Shown piece by piece: positions 27,544 through 36,100 of a DNA stretch of 64,000 nt. This DNA comes from an uncultured Ignavibacteriota bacterium (GTDB lineage Bacteria; Bacteroidota; Ignavibacteria; Palsa-1295): NCBI GenBank assembly GCA_903900335.1, contig CAIUMP010000056.1:157020-221019 (forward strand), read 5' to 3'. The notes beneath the pieces are model-generated. The model searched no databases, was not told the origin of the DNA, and saw only the letters and a list, made by a program, of their open reading frames with translations. The number at the start of each line of letters is the position of its first letter. Position 1 is the first letter of the stretch. Made by a program: the position numbers and the translations under genes.

Positions 27544-27782
27544 TTCTTTTTAAATAGAGATTTAAATACTAATAATTGATTTAAAGGGTGTGGACATGTG
27601 GAGAACACAAACCTCGTTCACGAATCACCGTGATAGACCGCATCTCGCTTCGCGTTCACATCTTATCCATCTGTTGGCTAACATGTGGCTAACTGGTGTT
27701 AGACGAACAGTCCACATATCCCTCCACAGTCTTCCTGTGGTCTGGCTTCCTCTATCCACAGCTTGTGATTTCTTATCCAGAC
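27544..27782. other. predicted chromosomal replication origin (oriC): AT-rich DNA-unwinding element plus a DnaA-box cluster
   Basis: A ~43-nt AT-rich stretch (ttctttttaaatagagatttaaatactaataattgatttaaag) lies in an otherwise GC-rich genome. It is followed within ~200 nt by at least 5 sites with 8/9 match to TTATCCACA in either orientation. These are tgtggagaa, TTATCCATC at 27663, tgtggctaa at 27685, CTATCCACA at 27752 and TTATCCAGA at 27772. Weaker sites lie among them. The region is ~120 nt from the duplicated dnaA 3' end. Confidence 0.6.
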
Positions 27783-27842
27783 GTTAGTGAGGAAAGGTTT
27801 TTGAAGTGGCGAGTTATCATGCAGAGTATGGTATAACTATTT

Positions 27843-27875
27843 AAAACTAAAAAGCCGCGGTACTCCAGCGGCTTT
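27843..27875 (-). terminator. intrinsic terminator (minus strand), probably the original dnaA terminator
   Basis: The minus strand reads AAAGCCGC-tggagtacc-GCGGCTTT followed by TTAGTTTTAAA. This is an 8-bp GC-rich stem with a 9-nt loop and a T-rich tail. It lies immediately downstream of the dnaA 3'-end duplicate at 27902..28023. Confidence 0.55.
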
Positions 27876-27901
27876 CGTTAGGTATTCGAGCTGTTATTGT
27901 G

Positions 27902-28023
27902 TCACTGCATCATATCAAACTGCCTCCGCAGCTCATCTATCTTCGTCAGCAGCGCCGGGTTGTGCTTCATGTCGTCGAGCACGGTTTGCACGGCGTGGAT
28001 GACGGTGGATTGGTCGCGTCCGC
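27902..28023 (-). pseudogene. duplicated 3' end of dnaA (last ~40 codons plus stop), copy 1 of a ~120-nt diverged direct repeat
   Basis: Its minus-strand translation …SGRDQSTVIHAVQTVLDDMKHNPALLTKIDELRRQFDMMQ* is identical over the last 36 residues to the true dnaA C-terminus at 28767... There are ~8 nucleotide differences versus copy 2 (28764..28885). There is no upstream gene body, and it abuts the stop of the DUF5615 gene. Confidence 0.65.
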
Positions 28024-28359
28024 TCAAATGAACTCAACCCTTCCCCTCATCTCCTCCACCGAATTGTTGCCATGAACGGATGCGCATTCCATGATGATTG
28101 CGCCGAGAGAATGTCCTTCCTGTTTGCAGTAGATTAAGCCGGGATGATCCGGGTTGCGAGAGGCGATGCGGAGGAAATCGTCATCGTGGGTAATGAGCAC
28201 ACGGCCTTCTCTCGTTGCATATTCCCACTGTTTCTCATCTGGCGTACCTCGCAGTTTGACTGCTTTAGAAACAGTAATATCAATTCCCATCGCTTCGAGT
28301 GCTTTGGCGATTCGGGAATTTACACTCTCATCCAGGTGGAATCGAATCTTCTCGCTCAT
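28024..28359 (-). CDS. DUF5615-family (PIN-like, toxin-like) protein
   Basis: The 111-aa product is MSEKIRFHLDESVNSRIAKALEAMGIDITV…VLITHDDDFLRIASRNPDHPGLIYCKQ…. This is the typical partner of DUF433 proteins. It is AT-rich relative to the flanks. Confidence 0.6.
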   Translation of the reverse strand: MSEKIRFHLDESVNSRIAKALEAMGIDITVSKAVKLRGTPDEKQWEYATREGRVLITHDDDFLRIASRNPDHPGLIYCKQEGHSLGAIIMECASVHGNNSVEEMRGRVEFI

Positions 28360-28364
28360 GCGAC

Positions 28365-28661
28365 TTACGCAACGTATTTCCGATTGTCGGTTGCTTCGTA
28401 CTGCTTCCGGAATTCTGCAACAAAGCGAGCATCATCATCTATACCCTGATCTATCTCGGTCTTATGATCGTAATAGTATGTCATGGCAGCATAGACATCG
28501 GCGAGAGATAAGTCGAAATCGCCCGCGATGAGTTCAAGCTCCATTCCATTGCGCAGGTGTTTGATCACAACATCTTTCACAGTGATTCGTGTACCGGCAA
28601 TGCGAGGTCGTCCAAAGGCGATCTCCTTGTCGGTGACAATATGTTGCAGCGATGATTGCAT
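28365..28661 (-). CDS. DUF433-domain protein (antitoxin-like partner of DUF5615)
   Basis: The Met-initiated product (ATG at 28661) is MQSSLQHIVTDKEIAFGRPRIAGTRITVKDVVIKHLRNGMELELIAGDFDLSLADVYAAMTYYYDH…, which carries the DUF433 signature. It lies 5 nt upstream of the DUF5615 gene. The longer track ORF start (28739) runs into the dnaA repeat. Confidence 0.65.
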   Translation of the reverse strand: MQSSLQHIVTDKEIAFGRPRIAGTRITVKDVVIKHLRNGMELELIAGDFDLSLADVYAAMTYYYDHKTEIDQGIDDDARFVAEFRKQYEATDNRKYVA

Positions 28662-28763
28662 GTAATTGTAACGCCCTCGTGTAACGGAAAGTTTTGGCTT
28701 AACGTAATGTCGAGCGAGGACGCTCGACCTACAATTCACAAGAAGCAGTCGGCTCGTGATTCG

Positions 28764-28885
28764 ATCTCACTGCATCATATCAAACTGCCTCCGCAACTCA
28801 TCGATCTTCGTGAGCAGCGCCGGGTTGTGCTTCATGTCGTCGAGGACGGTTTGCACGGCGTGGATGACGGTGGAGTGATCGCGGC
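28764..28885. repeat. copy 2 of the ~120-nt dnaA-3' direct repeat (this copy is the functional end of dnaA)
   Basis: tcactgcatcatatcaaactgcctccgca[a/g]ctcatc[g/t]atcttcgt[g/c]agcagcgccgggttgtgcttcatgtcgtcgag[g/c]acggtttgcacggcgtggatgacggtgga… matches 27902..28023. Both copies start exactly at the dnaA stop codon. Confidence 0.65.
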
Positions 28886-30629
28886 CACCGAAGTGAATAC
28901 CGATGGTCTTGAGCGAGTTGTTGGTCAGCTCCTTCGCGAGGAACATGGCCACCTGCCGGGCTTCCACTACTTCCTGCTTGCGCGTCTTGGCGCGAAGCAG
29001 ATCTTCTTCAATGCCAAACTTGCGCGAGACGGTCCGCTGTATCGTTTCGATAGTTAGGATCGGCGCCGAGCGTTTCGCAACCTTACGGAGCACTTCCTTT
29101 GCTATCTCCAGTGTCGGTGCGTTGCCCTCAAGCGATGCTGTGGCCAACAGAGAGATCAGGCATCCTTCGAGTTCGCGGATGTTCGTCGTGATGTTCGTCG
29201 CGATGAATTCGATCACGTCGCTGGAAAGCTCGATGCCGTCGGAGATGGCTTTGTGACGGAGAATTGCAATACGCGTTTCTAAGTCCGGTGCGCCGATGTC
29301 TGCTGTTAGGCCCCACTGCAAGCGGTTCAGTAGGCGGTCGTCAATGTCCTTCAGCTCTTTCGGTGCGCGGTCGCAGGTCAGAATTATCTGCTTGCCAAGT
29401 TCGCGAAGCGCATTGAACGTGTGGAAGAAAATATCCTGCGTCTTCTCCTTGCCGGCAAAGAACTGCACGTCATCAATGATGAGGACATCAATAGAGCGAT
29501 AGAGACTCTGGAATTCATTGATCCGGTCGTTCTGAATGGCATCCACGAATTCGACAGTGAATCTGTCGCTGGATGTATAAAGGACTCTGGCTCCGGAGAA
29601 CTTCTGCAGCACGGCATTTCCCACTGCCTGGATCACGTGTGTTTTTCCGAGACCCACATTGCCGTAGATTACCAGCGGATTGTAGCGCGTTCCACCAGGA
29701 TTATTTGCAACTGCCATCGCTGCAGCATAGGCAAGCTTGTTCGATTCACCTCGGATGAAGGTGTCGAAGGTGTATCGCGGATTCAGATTGGGCTCGATCG
29801 GCTGGCGCTTTTGCTGGGAGGCGGAAGCGCCATTCTGCTGTGGCTGCTGCGGTACAGCGCGTGATGCGAACGGCGAAGGTATCGCAGGCGCATAGGGCGA
29901 AGGCTGCGAACCAAACGAAGGAGAGTTGAATGGCTGCGCACCCGTGCGTTGTGAATGATGCGGCGAAGAAGCGAGAACGTTTGTCGGTCGTTCAGTCACG
30001 ACCGGAGCAGCAGATGGAACCGGCACAACTGGCGAAGGCGCGGCCTCCAGTTTCGTGTTCACCGATTGGATCTCGCTCGCGCTATCAAAGCGGAACTGGG
30101 CGGCGGCACCAAGAACATCCTGCAGTGCCTTTTCGAGTAACGACTGGTAATGCTCGGTGATCCACTCGCAGAAGAAATTGCTGGGCACACGAAGCGTGAT
30201 CTCCGAGCCTTCCAAGGCCGTGGCTTCCAGCGGTTCGAACCACGTGCGCATCGTCTGCGCGCTGAGTTGAGGGCGAATAAGCTCCAGGCATCGCTTCCAG
30301 ATCCGTTCGGCAGCAAGGCGCAAGTCAGATGTCGATCGATCGCTTTCCGCGACGACCGACGATTCCTCTTTTCCAGTCAAAGGGCTGGGCCTCTGCAGTT
30401 CACTTTCCACGTTGCTTTCTTCAGGCTCGAACATCGCGCCGGTCTTTGGTATGGCATTCGTTGTGCGATGCCCAATGCGATTGCCACTCGAACGACTGAG
30501 CGCAGGGCTTGGTGCAAGCGATTGCTCCATTCCTCGTCCGCTCAGGCGTGTTATCGGCGACTCTGCGATTTCAATTTCAAGTTCGGAGAACTCTGTTCTC
30601 GTCATAATTTCTGACAAACGGAAGAACAC
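28767..30629 (-). CDS. dnaA: chromosomal replication initiator DnaA
   Basis: It has the AAA+ Walker A motif GNVGLGKTHV, the box VII/sensor regions, and the C-terminal DNA-binding domain …VVEARQVAMFLAKELTNNSLKTIGIHFGGRDHSTVIHAV…. The N-terminal domain I (ERIWKRCLELIRPQL…) begins ~100 aa after the first ATG. The true start may be an internal Met (aa 9, 34 or 66). A long Pro/Gln-rich domain II linker is present. Confidence 0.9.
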   Translation of the reverse strand: MFFRLSEIMTRTEFSELEIEIAESPITRLSGRGMEQSLAPSPALSRSSGNRIGHRTTNAIPKTGAMFEPEESNVESELQRPSPLTGKEESSVVAESDRSTSDLRLAAERIWKRCLELIRPQLSAQTMRTWFEPLEATALEGSEITLRVPSNFFCEWITEHYQSLLEKALQDVLGAAAQFRFDSASEIQSVNTKLEAAPSPVVPVPSAAPVVTERPTNVLASSPHHSQRTGAQPFNSPSFGSQPSPYAPAIPSPFASRAVPQQPQQNGASASQQKRQPIEPNLNPRYTFDTFIRGESNKLAYAAAMAVANNPGGTRYNPLVIYGNVGLGKTHVIQAVGNAVLQKFSGARVLYTSSDRFTVEFVDAIQNDRINEFQSLYRSIDVLIIDDVQFFAGKEKTQDIFFHTFNALRELGKQIILTCDRAPKELKDIDDRLLNRLQWGLTADIGAPDLETRIAILRHKAISDGIELSSDVIEFIATNITTNIRELEGCLISLLATASLEGNAPTLEIAKEVLRKVAKRSAPILTIETIQRTVSRKFGIEEDLLRAKTRKQEVVEARQVAMFLAKELTNNSLKTIGIHFGGRDHSTVIHAVQTVLDDMKHNPALLTKIDELRRQFDMMQ

Positions 30630-30929
30630 CCGCCGTGACGAGTCACGTTCGGTGGTAAAAAATACGATTCAGGTTTCAGGACAACAGTGCGCATGCTCAG
30701 TGTTCGCGGATCGTGATCCCAGAAAGTGTGGTGGCGATGATCGCATTCATGCGCGCCAGCTCTGCTTTCCTTTCGCCGCGAATTCCGAGGTTTCGCTTCG
30801 TCACAAAGATGCACACACCGTGGGCTAACTACTACACCTAGCGTACGTGTTCGTTATGCATTAAAAGCACAACGGTAGTTCAAAACATTTTGGATTACGT
30901 TCCAGGTCGCGAAGTAGAATCAAAATTAC

Positions 30930-30938
30930 TTATCCACA
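30930..30938 (+). promoter_or_regulatory. perfect DnaA box (TTATCCACA) in the dnaA upstream region
   Basis: It is an exact 9/9 consensus match ~300 nt upstream of the dnaA start, consistent with dnaA autoregulation and/or a second box cluster. Confidence 0.5.
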
Positions 30939-31072
30939 TTCTGCAAACAGGATTTCTCATCGCACTCGTGTTGCAGTATAACACATTCCAAATTCGAAAG
31001 CAAGAGCTAAAGTGAAATTTTTGTATGGAATATTTTCGCATAGCGCGAACGGAAATTGCAACTCGTGAAAAT

Positions 31073-32242
31073 TCAACGCATTCCAATACTATGACTACCC
31101 AAAATTATTTTTCGTGACGCTCCTGTCGTCAGAGGTAAATGTATGGGCATCTCCTCAAGAAAGGCTTTACCGAAAAACGCGAATGCGATAGCTTCCTTTG
31201 CGTTAGCCGGAATACCACAGAAATCGGACGAAACAACGCGAGCCTTTGGTGCATTGATCCTAATTCGATCCAGAAGGTAGGAGTTCCGGGCACCCCCGCC
31301 GCTCACGATGATTTCTAGTGATGACATATCCGTTTGAACGAGAGTTGTCGCGCCTGTGATTGTCAGAGCTGTAAGCTCCGCCAGCGTTGCGAGAGCATCA
31401 TAAGCGGAGAGCTCGGAATTATCAATTGCCTCGATCACCGGGTGAAGAAACGCCTCGCCGAATAATTCACGTCCCGTTGATTTTGGCGGATTCATTGCGA
31501 AGTATGGATGTGCAAGCAGTCGATGAAGTAGCCTGTTGTCAATGCTGCCAATGCTTGCATGCTCACCACCTCGATCATAGGGTTGGGCAAAGTACTTCCC
31601 GCAAATAAAATCAAGTAACATGTTGCCAGGACCGCAATCGAAAGCAATAACTTGCTCAGGCTCAGCATTGCGCTTGAGCCAGGTCACATTTGCTATGCCG
31701 CCGATATTGACAACGAGACGATCAACATCATGGCTGCAAAGAAACTCGTAATCGAACATCGGCACGAGCGGCGCACCTTGTCCGCCAAGTGCGACATCGC
31801 CTGAGCGGAAATCGCTAACGACATCGATCCCCGTTAGCGCGGCAAGTGCGTTGCCGGAGCCAAGTTGATATGTTGCTGCGATGGGGTCCAGTCCTCGAAC
31901 AGATTCTGGTTTCGGAAGATGGCGAATGGTTTGTCCGTGCAACGCGATTGCGCGAACATCACTCTTTTCAATGTTCGATTGAGTCAGCGTTTGTTCAACC
32001 GCATTCGCATACTCCCTCGCAAGAAGAAAATTAGTGCGAGCGAGCAAGTCCATCGACACCAACTCCGCGGTTGCAAGCTCCATTAGTATCTCGCGCATTG
32101 CTGCGGGCCACTCCACGGAGTGAAATGCGAGAAGCTCTACATTCTTACCATTAAAGCGACACGCACCGACATCGATCGCATCGAGGCTGGTGCCCGTCAT
32201 GATGCCGAGATAAATATCGGCGGAGAGATTCTGCGCGCTCAT
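31073..32242 (-). CDS. anmK: anhydro-N-acetylmuramic acid kinase
   Basis: The product from the ATG at 32242 is MSAQNLSADIYLGIMTGTSLDAIDVGACRF…, the hallmark AnmK N-terminus (G-x-MSGTS-x-DG-ID), followed by an ASKHA-fold body (…NIGGIANVTWL…). The 130-codon upstream extension in the track ORF is Arg-rich and not credible. Confidence 0.8.
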   Translation of the reverse strand: MSAQNLSADIYLGIMTGTSLDAIDVGACRFNGKNVELLAFHSVEWPAAMREILMELATAELVSMDLLARTNFLLAREYANAVEQTLTQSNIEKSDVRAIALHGQTIRHLPKPESVRGLDPIAATYQLGSGNALAALTGIDVVSDFRSGDVALGGQGAPLVPMFDYEFLCSHDVDRLVVNIGGIANVTWLKRNAEPEQVIAFDCGPGNMLLDFICGKYFAQPYDRGGEHASIGSIDNRLLHRLLAHPYFAMNPPKSTGRELFGEAFLHPVIEAIDNSELSAYDALATLAELTALTITGATTLVQTDMSSLEIIVSGGGARNSYLLDRIRINAPKARVVSSDFCGIPANAKEAIAFAFFGKAFLEEMPIHLPLTTGASRKIILGSHSIGMR

Positions 32243-32555
32243 TTCGAATGCGGGACTACGTGCATTGTGTCCTCGGTGCTGTCCGGTGCGAGGCCGGTCG
32301 GGATCTTTCGTTCTGTCACTTTCAAGAATAGGAAGAAGATGGCGCTCATCATCAGAAAGATGACGAGTCGGGAGAGAAGAGAGTCTGTGCGGAGCATTCC
32401 TGCAAGTCCGCCGGGTCTGTCGTCTGCGTAATCGCCTGCTTTTGAGCGACGGAAGAGTCCGAGCATGTGGTAGTTGATGAGGCAGGAGCTTGAAACCTGC
32501 GCGTTGAAAGTTCAGCGTATCGAAATCGTATATTTGCGCTGAATAATTCATTCGG

Positions 32556-33053
32556 ATGACAATGAACACACACCCAGAAGTCCGCACACGCTCCGCATTC
32601 AAGCTCATCGGCGTTGAACGCTACACCTCGAACGGCATCGCGTCTATACAGGAGGCCTGGGCGGAGTTCACGAGACGAGCGACGGAGATCCCCCATCAGA
32701 CGAACCCAAATGTCTGCTATGGTTTTGAAGATTACTCTCGCGATTTCATCATGGAGCCTGATGCCTTTCCGAAATACTACTATATATCCTCCGTGGAGGT
32801 GGATCGGATGGAGGATATTCCCGAGGGGATGGTTGGCAAGGAGGTTAGTGAATCGGACTACGCGGTCTTCACCTATCGGGGTTCGCTAGCTGGTCTTCCT
32901 AAGTTCTTTCAATTCATCTACGGGGACTGGCTCCCAACCTCTGGTTACAAGATGAACCCGACCTTGGCCTGCGACTTCGAACGCTACCCGGAGCCCGTCA
33001 AGGATATGGAAAATGCCTTGGTCGAGATATGGGTGGCGGTGGTGAAGAACTAG
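32556..33053 (+). CDS. GyrI-like small-molecule-binding domain protein
   Basis: The 165-aa product carries the GyrI-like/AraC effector-domain pattern …YGFEDYSRDF…FTYRGSLAGLPKFFQFIYGDWLPTSGYKMNPTLACDFERYPE…. It lacks a DNA-binding domain. Confidence 0.6.
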   Translation: MTMNTHPEVRTRSAFKLIGVERYTSNGIASIQEAWAEFTRRATEIPHQTNPNVCYGFEDYSRDFIMEPDAFPKYYYISSVEVDRMEDIPEGMVGKEVSESDYAVFTYRGSLAGLPKFFQFIYGDWLPTSGYKMNPTLACDFERYPEPVKDMENALVEIWVAVVKN

Positions 33054-33180
33054 GTAGGGATCCGTCTCGGGTCGTTGGAAGGTTGTCGTCTGTTGAATCA
33101 CTCCGCGGTGTAGGAACGGGCCAAACAAGCAGGTAGTTAGAGAATCAAGGTCACTCGTCAGGGCCGCCTTTCGAACCGCA

Positions 33181-36100
33181 TTGCCTCAAGAACTCTATCA
33201 CGAACTGCTATCGCGACTCGCGCGGCTCCGGCATCGCCGGGAGTCGGTCGCGCTGTGGAGTGGAGTTTGCAATGGGATGGCTTCGGCGCTCGTCATCTCG
33301 CTCGGCGCGATTCTCGCGGAAATGATCGGCCATCTCTCGATCGATGGACGAACCTGGCTTTTCTGGATTGCATTCCTCTTGTCCCTCGGTGCGATTGGCG
33401 GCTTCGCTGTTCCACCACTGCTTGTCCGACTCGGAATCCGTCCGCGAGCGACGGATGACGAACTTGCTTCTTCGGTCGGGCACCACTTCCCTATCGTTAG
33501 CGACCGACTTGTTAACACGCTTCAACTAACGCGGCCGCTCTTCGCGGAGTCCAGCACCTTGATCGGCTCGCCCGCCTTTGCGATGGCTGCGTTTCAGAGC
33601 GCCTACTCATCGGTTCGCGATGTAGATTTCAACGCGATCGTCGAGGAGCGCCCAGTCAAGCGTTCTGCGCTGATCTTCTTCTTCAGCCTTATGCTTGGGC
33701 TTGCACTCTTCGTCAGTGCAAAGGAGGAAATGCTCGGGGCATCGGGTCGCCTGATACATCACCGTACGTTCTACCAGAAGCCAGCGCCCTTTACGTTCGT
33801 TGTCTCGCCAGGAGACAAGCGCGTAATGCGCGGTGACTCCGTTCGCCTCGTGATCGTGACCCGCGGGGAGCAGCTTCCCCAGATCCATATCCGATTGCGC
33901 GAAGAAGGACAGAAGGACTTCGATGTGCTGACTGTCGCCAGTTCTCCGATGGATTCCTCCTTCACTCGACAAGGCTTTCATTCTGGCTTTGTCTATACCA
34001 TCCACGCGCAGCACCCGGTCGAGTACTTTGCGGAATCGCGGGAGATCGAGTCCGATCATTTCAGGATCTCCGTGTTGGATCATCCCATCGTCCGGTCGTT
34101 GAACGTCGAAGTTGAACCGCCTGCTTACACGCACCAGAAGTCATCGAAGCTTTCGGAGAACATCGGCGATGTTGCTGGAGTCGCAGGGACGAAAGGCGTC
34201 TTCCGAGTGGTGGCCTCATCGCCGCTGATGAAGGCGACGCTTGTCTTCAGCACCACGGACACGGCCGGACATCACTCAGATTCCGCAAAATCTACGTACT
34301 CCTACCCACTCACGATTTCGGACTCCATCGCCACAGGTGCGGTCGGTTTCATGCGCTCGGGCAGTTATCATATTGACCTTCTCGACCGCGACTCCGTTGC
34401 CAGTGAGCACCCCATCGAATACACGGTCACCGTCACAAAAGACGAGCCGCCTCAGATCGTCATCATTGAACCAGGTGGACATGCCGAGCTGCCGAGCGAC
34501 ATGCGTCTCGATATGCTCGCTCGCATTCATGATGATTTCGGATTCCGCGGCGTGCGGCTCGGCTACAAGCTAACGCATTCGAAATACTTGCCGCCAGACA
34601 CGGGATTCAAGTGGATGACAGTGCCACTTTCGAATTACAACGCGCAAGATCTGGATGTGCCCTACATCTGGAACATGACACCGCTCTCCATCGGCCCTGA
34701 AGATGAGATGACCTATCTCATGGAAGTAACGGATAATGATGCGGTCACCGGGCCAAAGTCGACACGGACACCCGAGTTCACTGTGCGTGTGCCCTCCGTT
34801 CAGGAAATCTTCAAGCGCGCCGATGAAGAGGCGAATAAAGCGCAGGAGAACATGAACGCCATCAAGCAGGATGCGCAGGAGTTACAGAAGAAAGTCAACG
34901 AGGCGCTGAATGAAATGCGCCAGATGAAGTCCTCTGACATTGCAAAAGGCTCCCAGGATTTCTCCAAGCAGAAGGACATGCAGCAAATGCTCGAGCGGCA
35001 GAAGCAGCTGAACGACCGCATCGATCAAGTCGCGAAAGACCTGCAGCAGATGACCCATGCCATGGAGCAGCAGAATGTGCTCTCACCAGAGACGATGCAG
35101 AAGTATCAGGAGTTGCAGGAGCTCTTCAAGCAAATTGATTCTCCAGAGCTGAAGAAGGCGATGGACGATCTGCAAAAGGCGATGCAGAAGAACATCGACC
35201 CCAAAAAGCTGCAGGACGCCATGCAGAACATGAAGCAGAACGAGGAGAACTTCCGTAAGTCCATCGAGCGCACCGCCAATATCCTGAAGAAGATCCAGGC
35301 GGAGCAGAAGATTGACGAACTGATGAAATCCGCGAGCCAACTTGCAAAGCAAGAGCAGCAGTCTGCCGATAGCGCTCACTCCCGCATGGATCAAGGTAAG
35401 CCGCCAACGCAGGATCAGAAGGCCGCCGAGGCACGCAAGCAACAGGATGCACAGAAGGAGCTCGACCGCATGCGCGAGGTCATGAAGGATGTCGCGGAGC
35501 AGATGAAGAAGCTGCCGGAGAAGATGCAGTCACCGCAGGAGATGAAGGCCGCAGTTGAGGCACTCGCCGATCCTTCTGCTGATAAGGACATGCAGATGGC
35601 AGAAGATGCAGCGCAAAAGGGCGACGAGCAGCGTGCCGCGCAGAACGCACAGTCCGCAGCGAAGAAGATGAAGGACGCGCAAAAGAAGCTCGCGGATCTT
35701 AAGAAGAAGATGTCTGAAAGCGAGAAGGCACGGACCATCCGCGAGATGAAGCAGCTGCGCGACGAACTCAATCGTTTGTCAAAAGAGGAAGAAGCGATCA
35801 AGACCAAAGCGCACGATGCCGCGCAGAACTCCAACGTCTTCCGCGACTTAGCAGAGCAGCAATCGCAGAAGAAGGACCAACTAGGTCAAACGGCTTCGAA
35901 AGCGATGCAGCTCGCGCAGAAATCCACCAAGGTGACTCCGGAAATGGGCCGCCAGATGGGTAAGGCCTTCGGCGAGATGCAGAAAGGCGAAGAGGCGATG
36001 ACCGAGCGCAACCAGCAGGGTGCTGAGCAAAGTTCGCAGGCCGCGATGACGGCACTCAACAAAGCATCTCAGGAAATGCAGCAAGCGATGCAGGCCATGC

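Noticed and set aside
32243-32608. 130-codon N-terminal extension of the anmK ORF
   Set aside because: It is extremely Arg/His/Pro-rich with no AnmK homology. The conserved AnmK N-terminus begins exactly at the internal ATG (32242). The extension overlaps the divergent promoter region.
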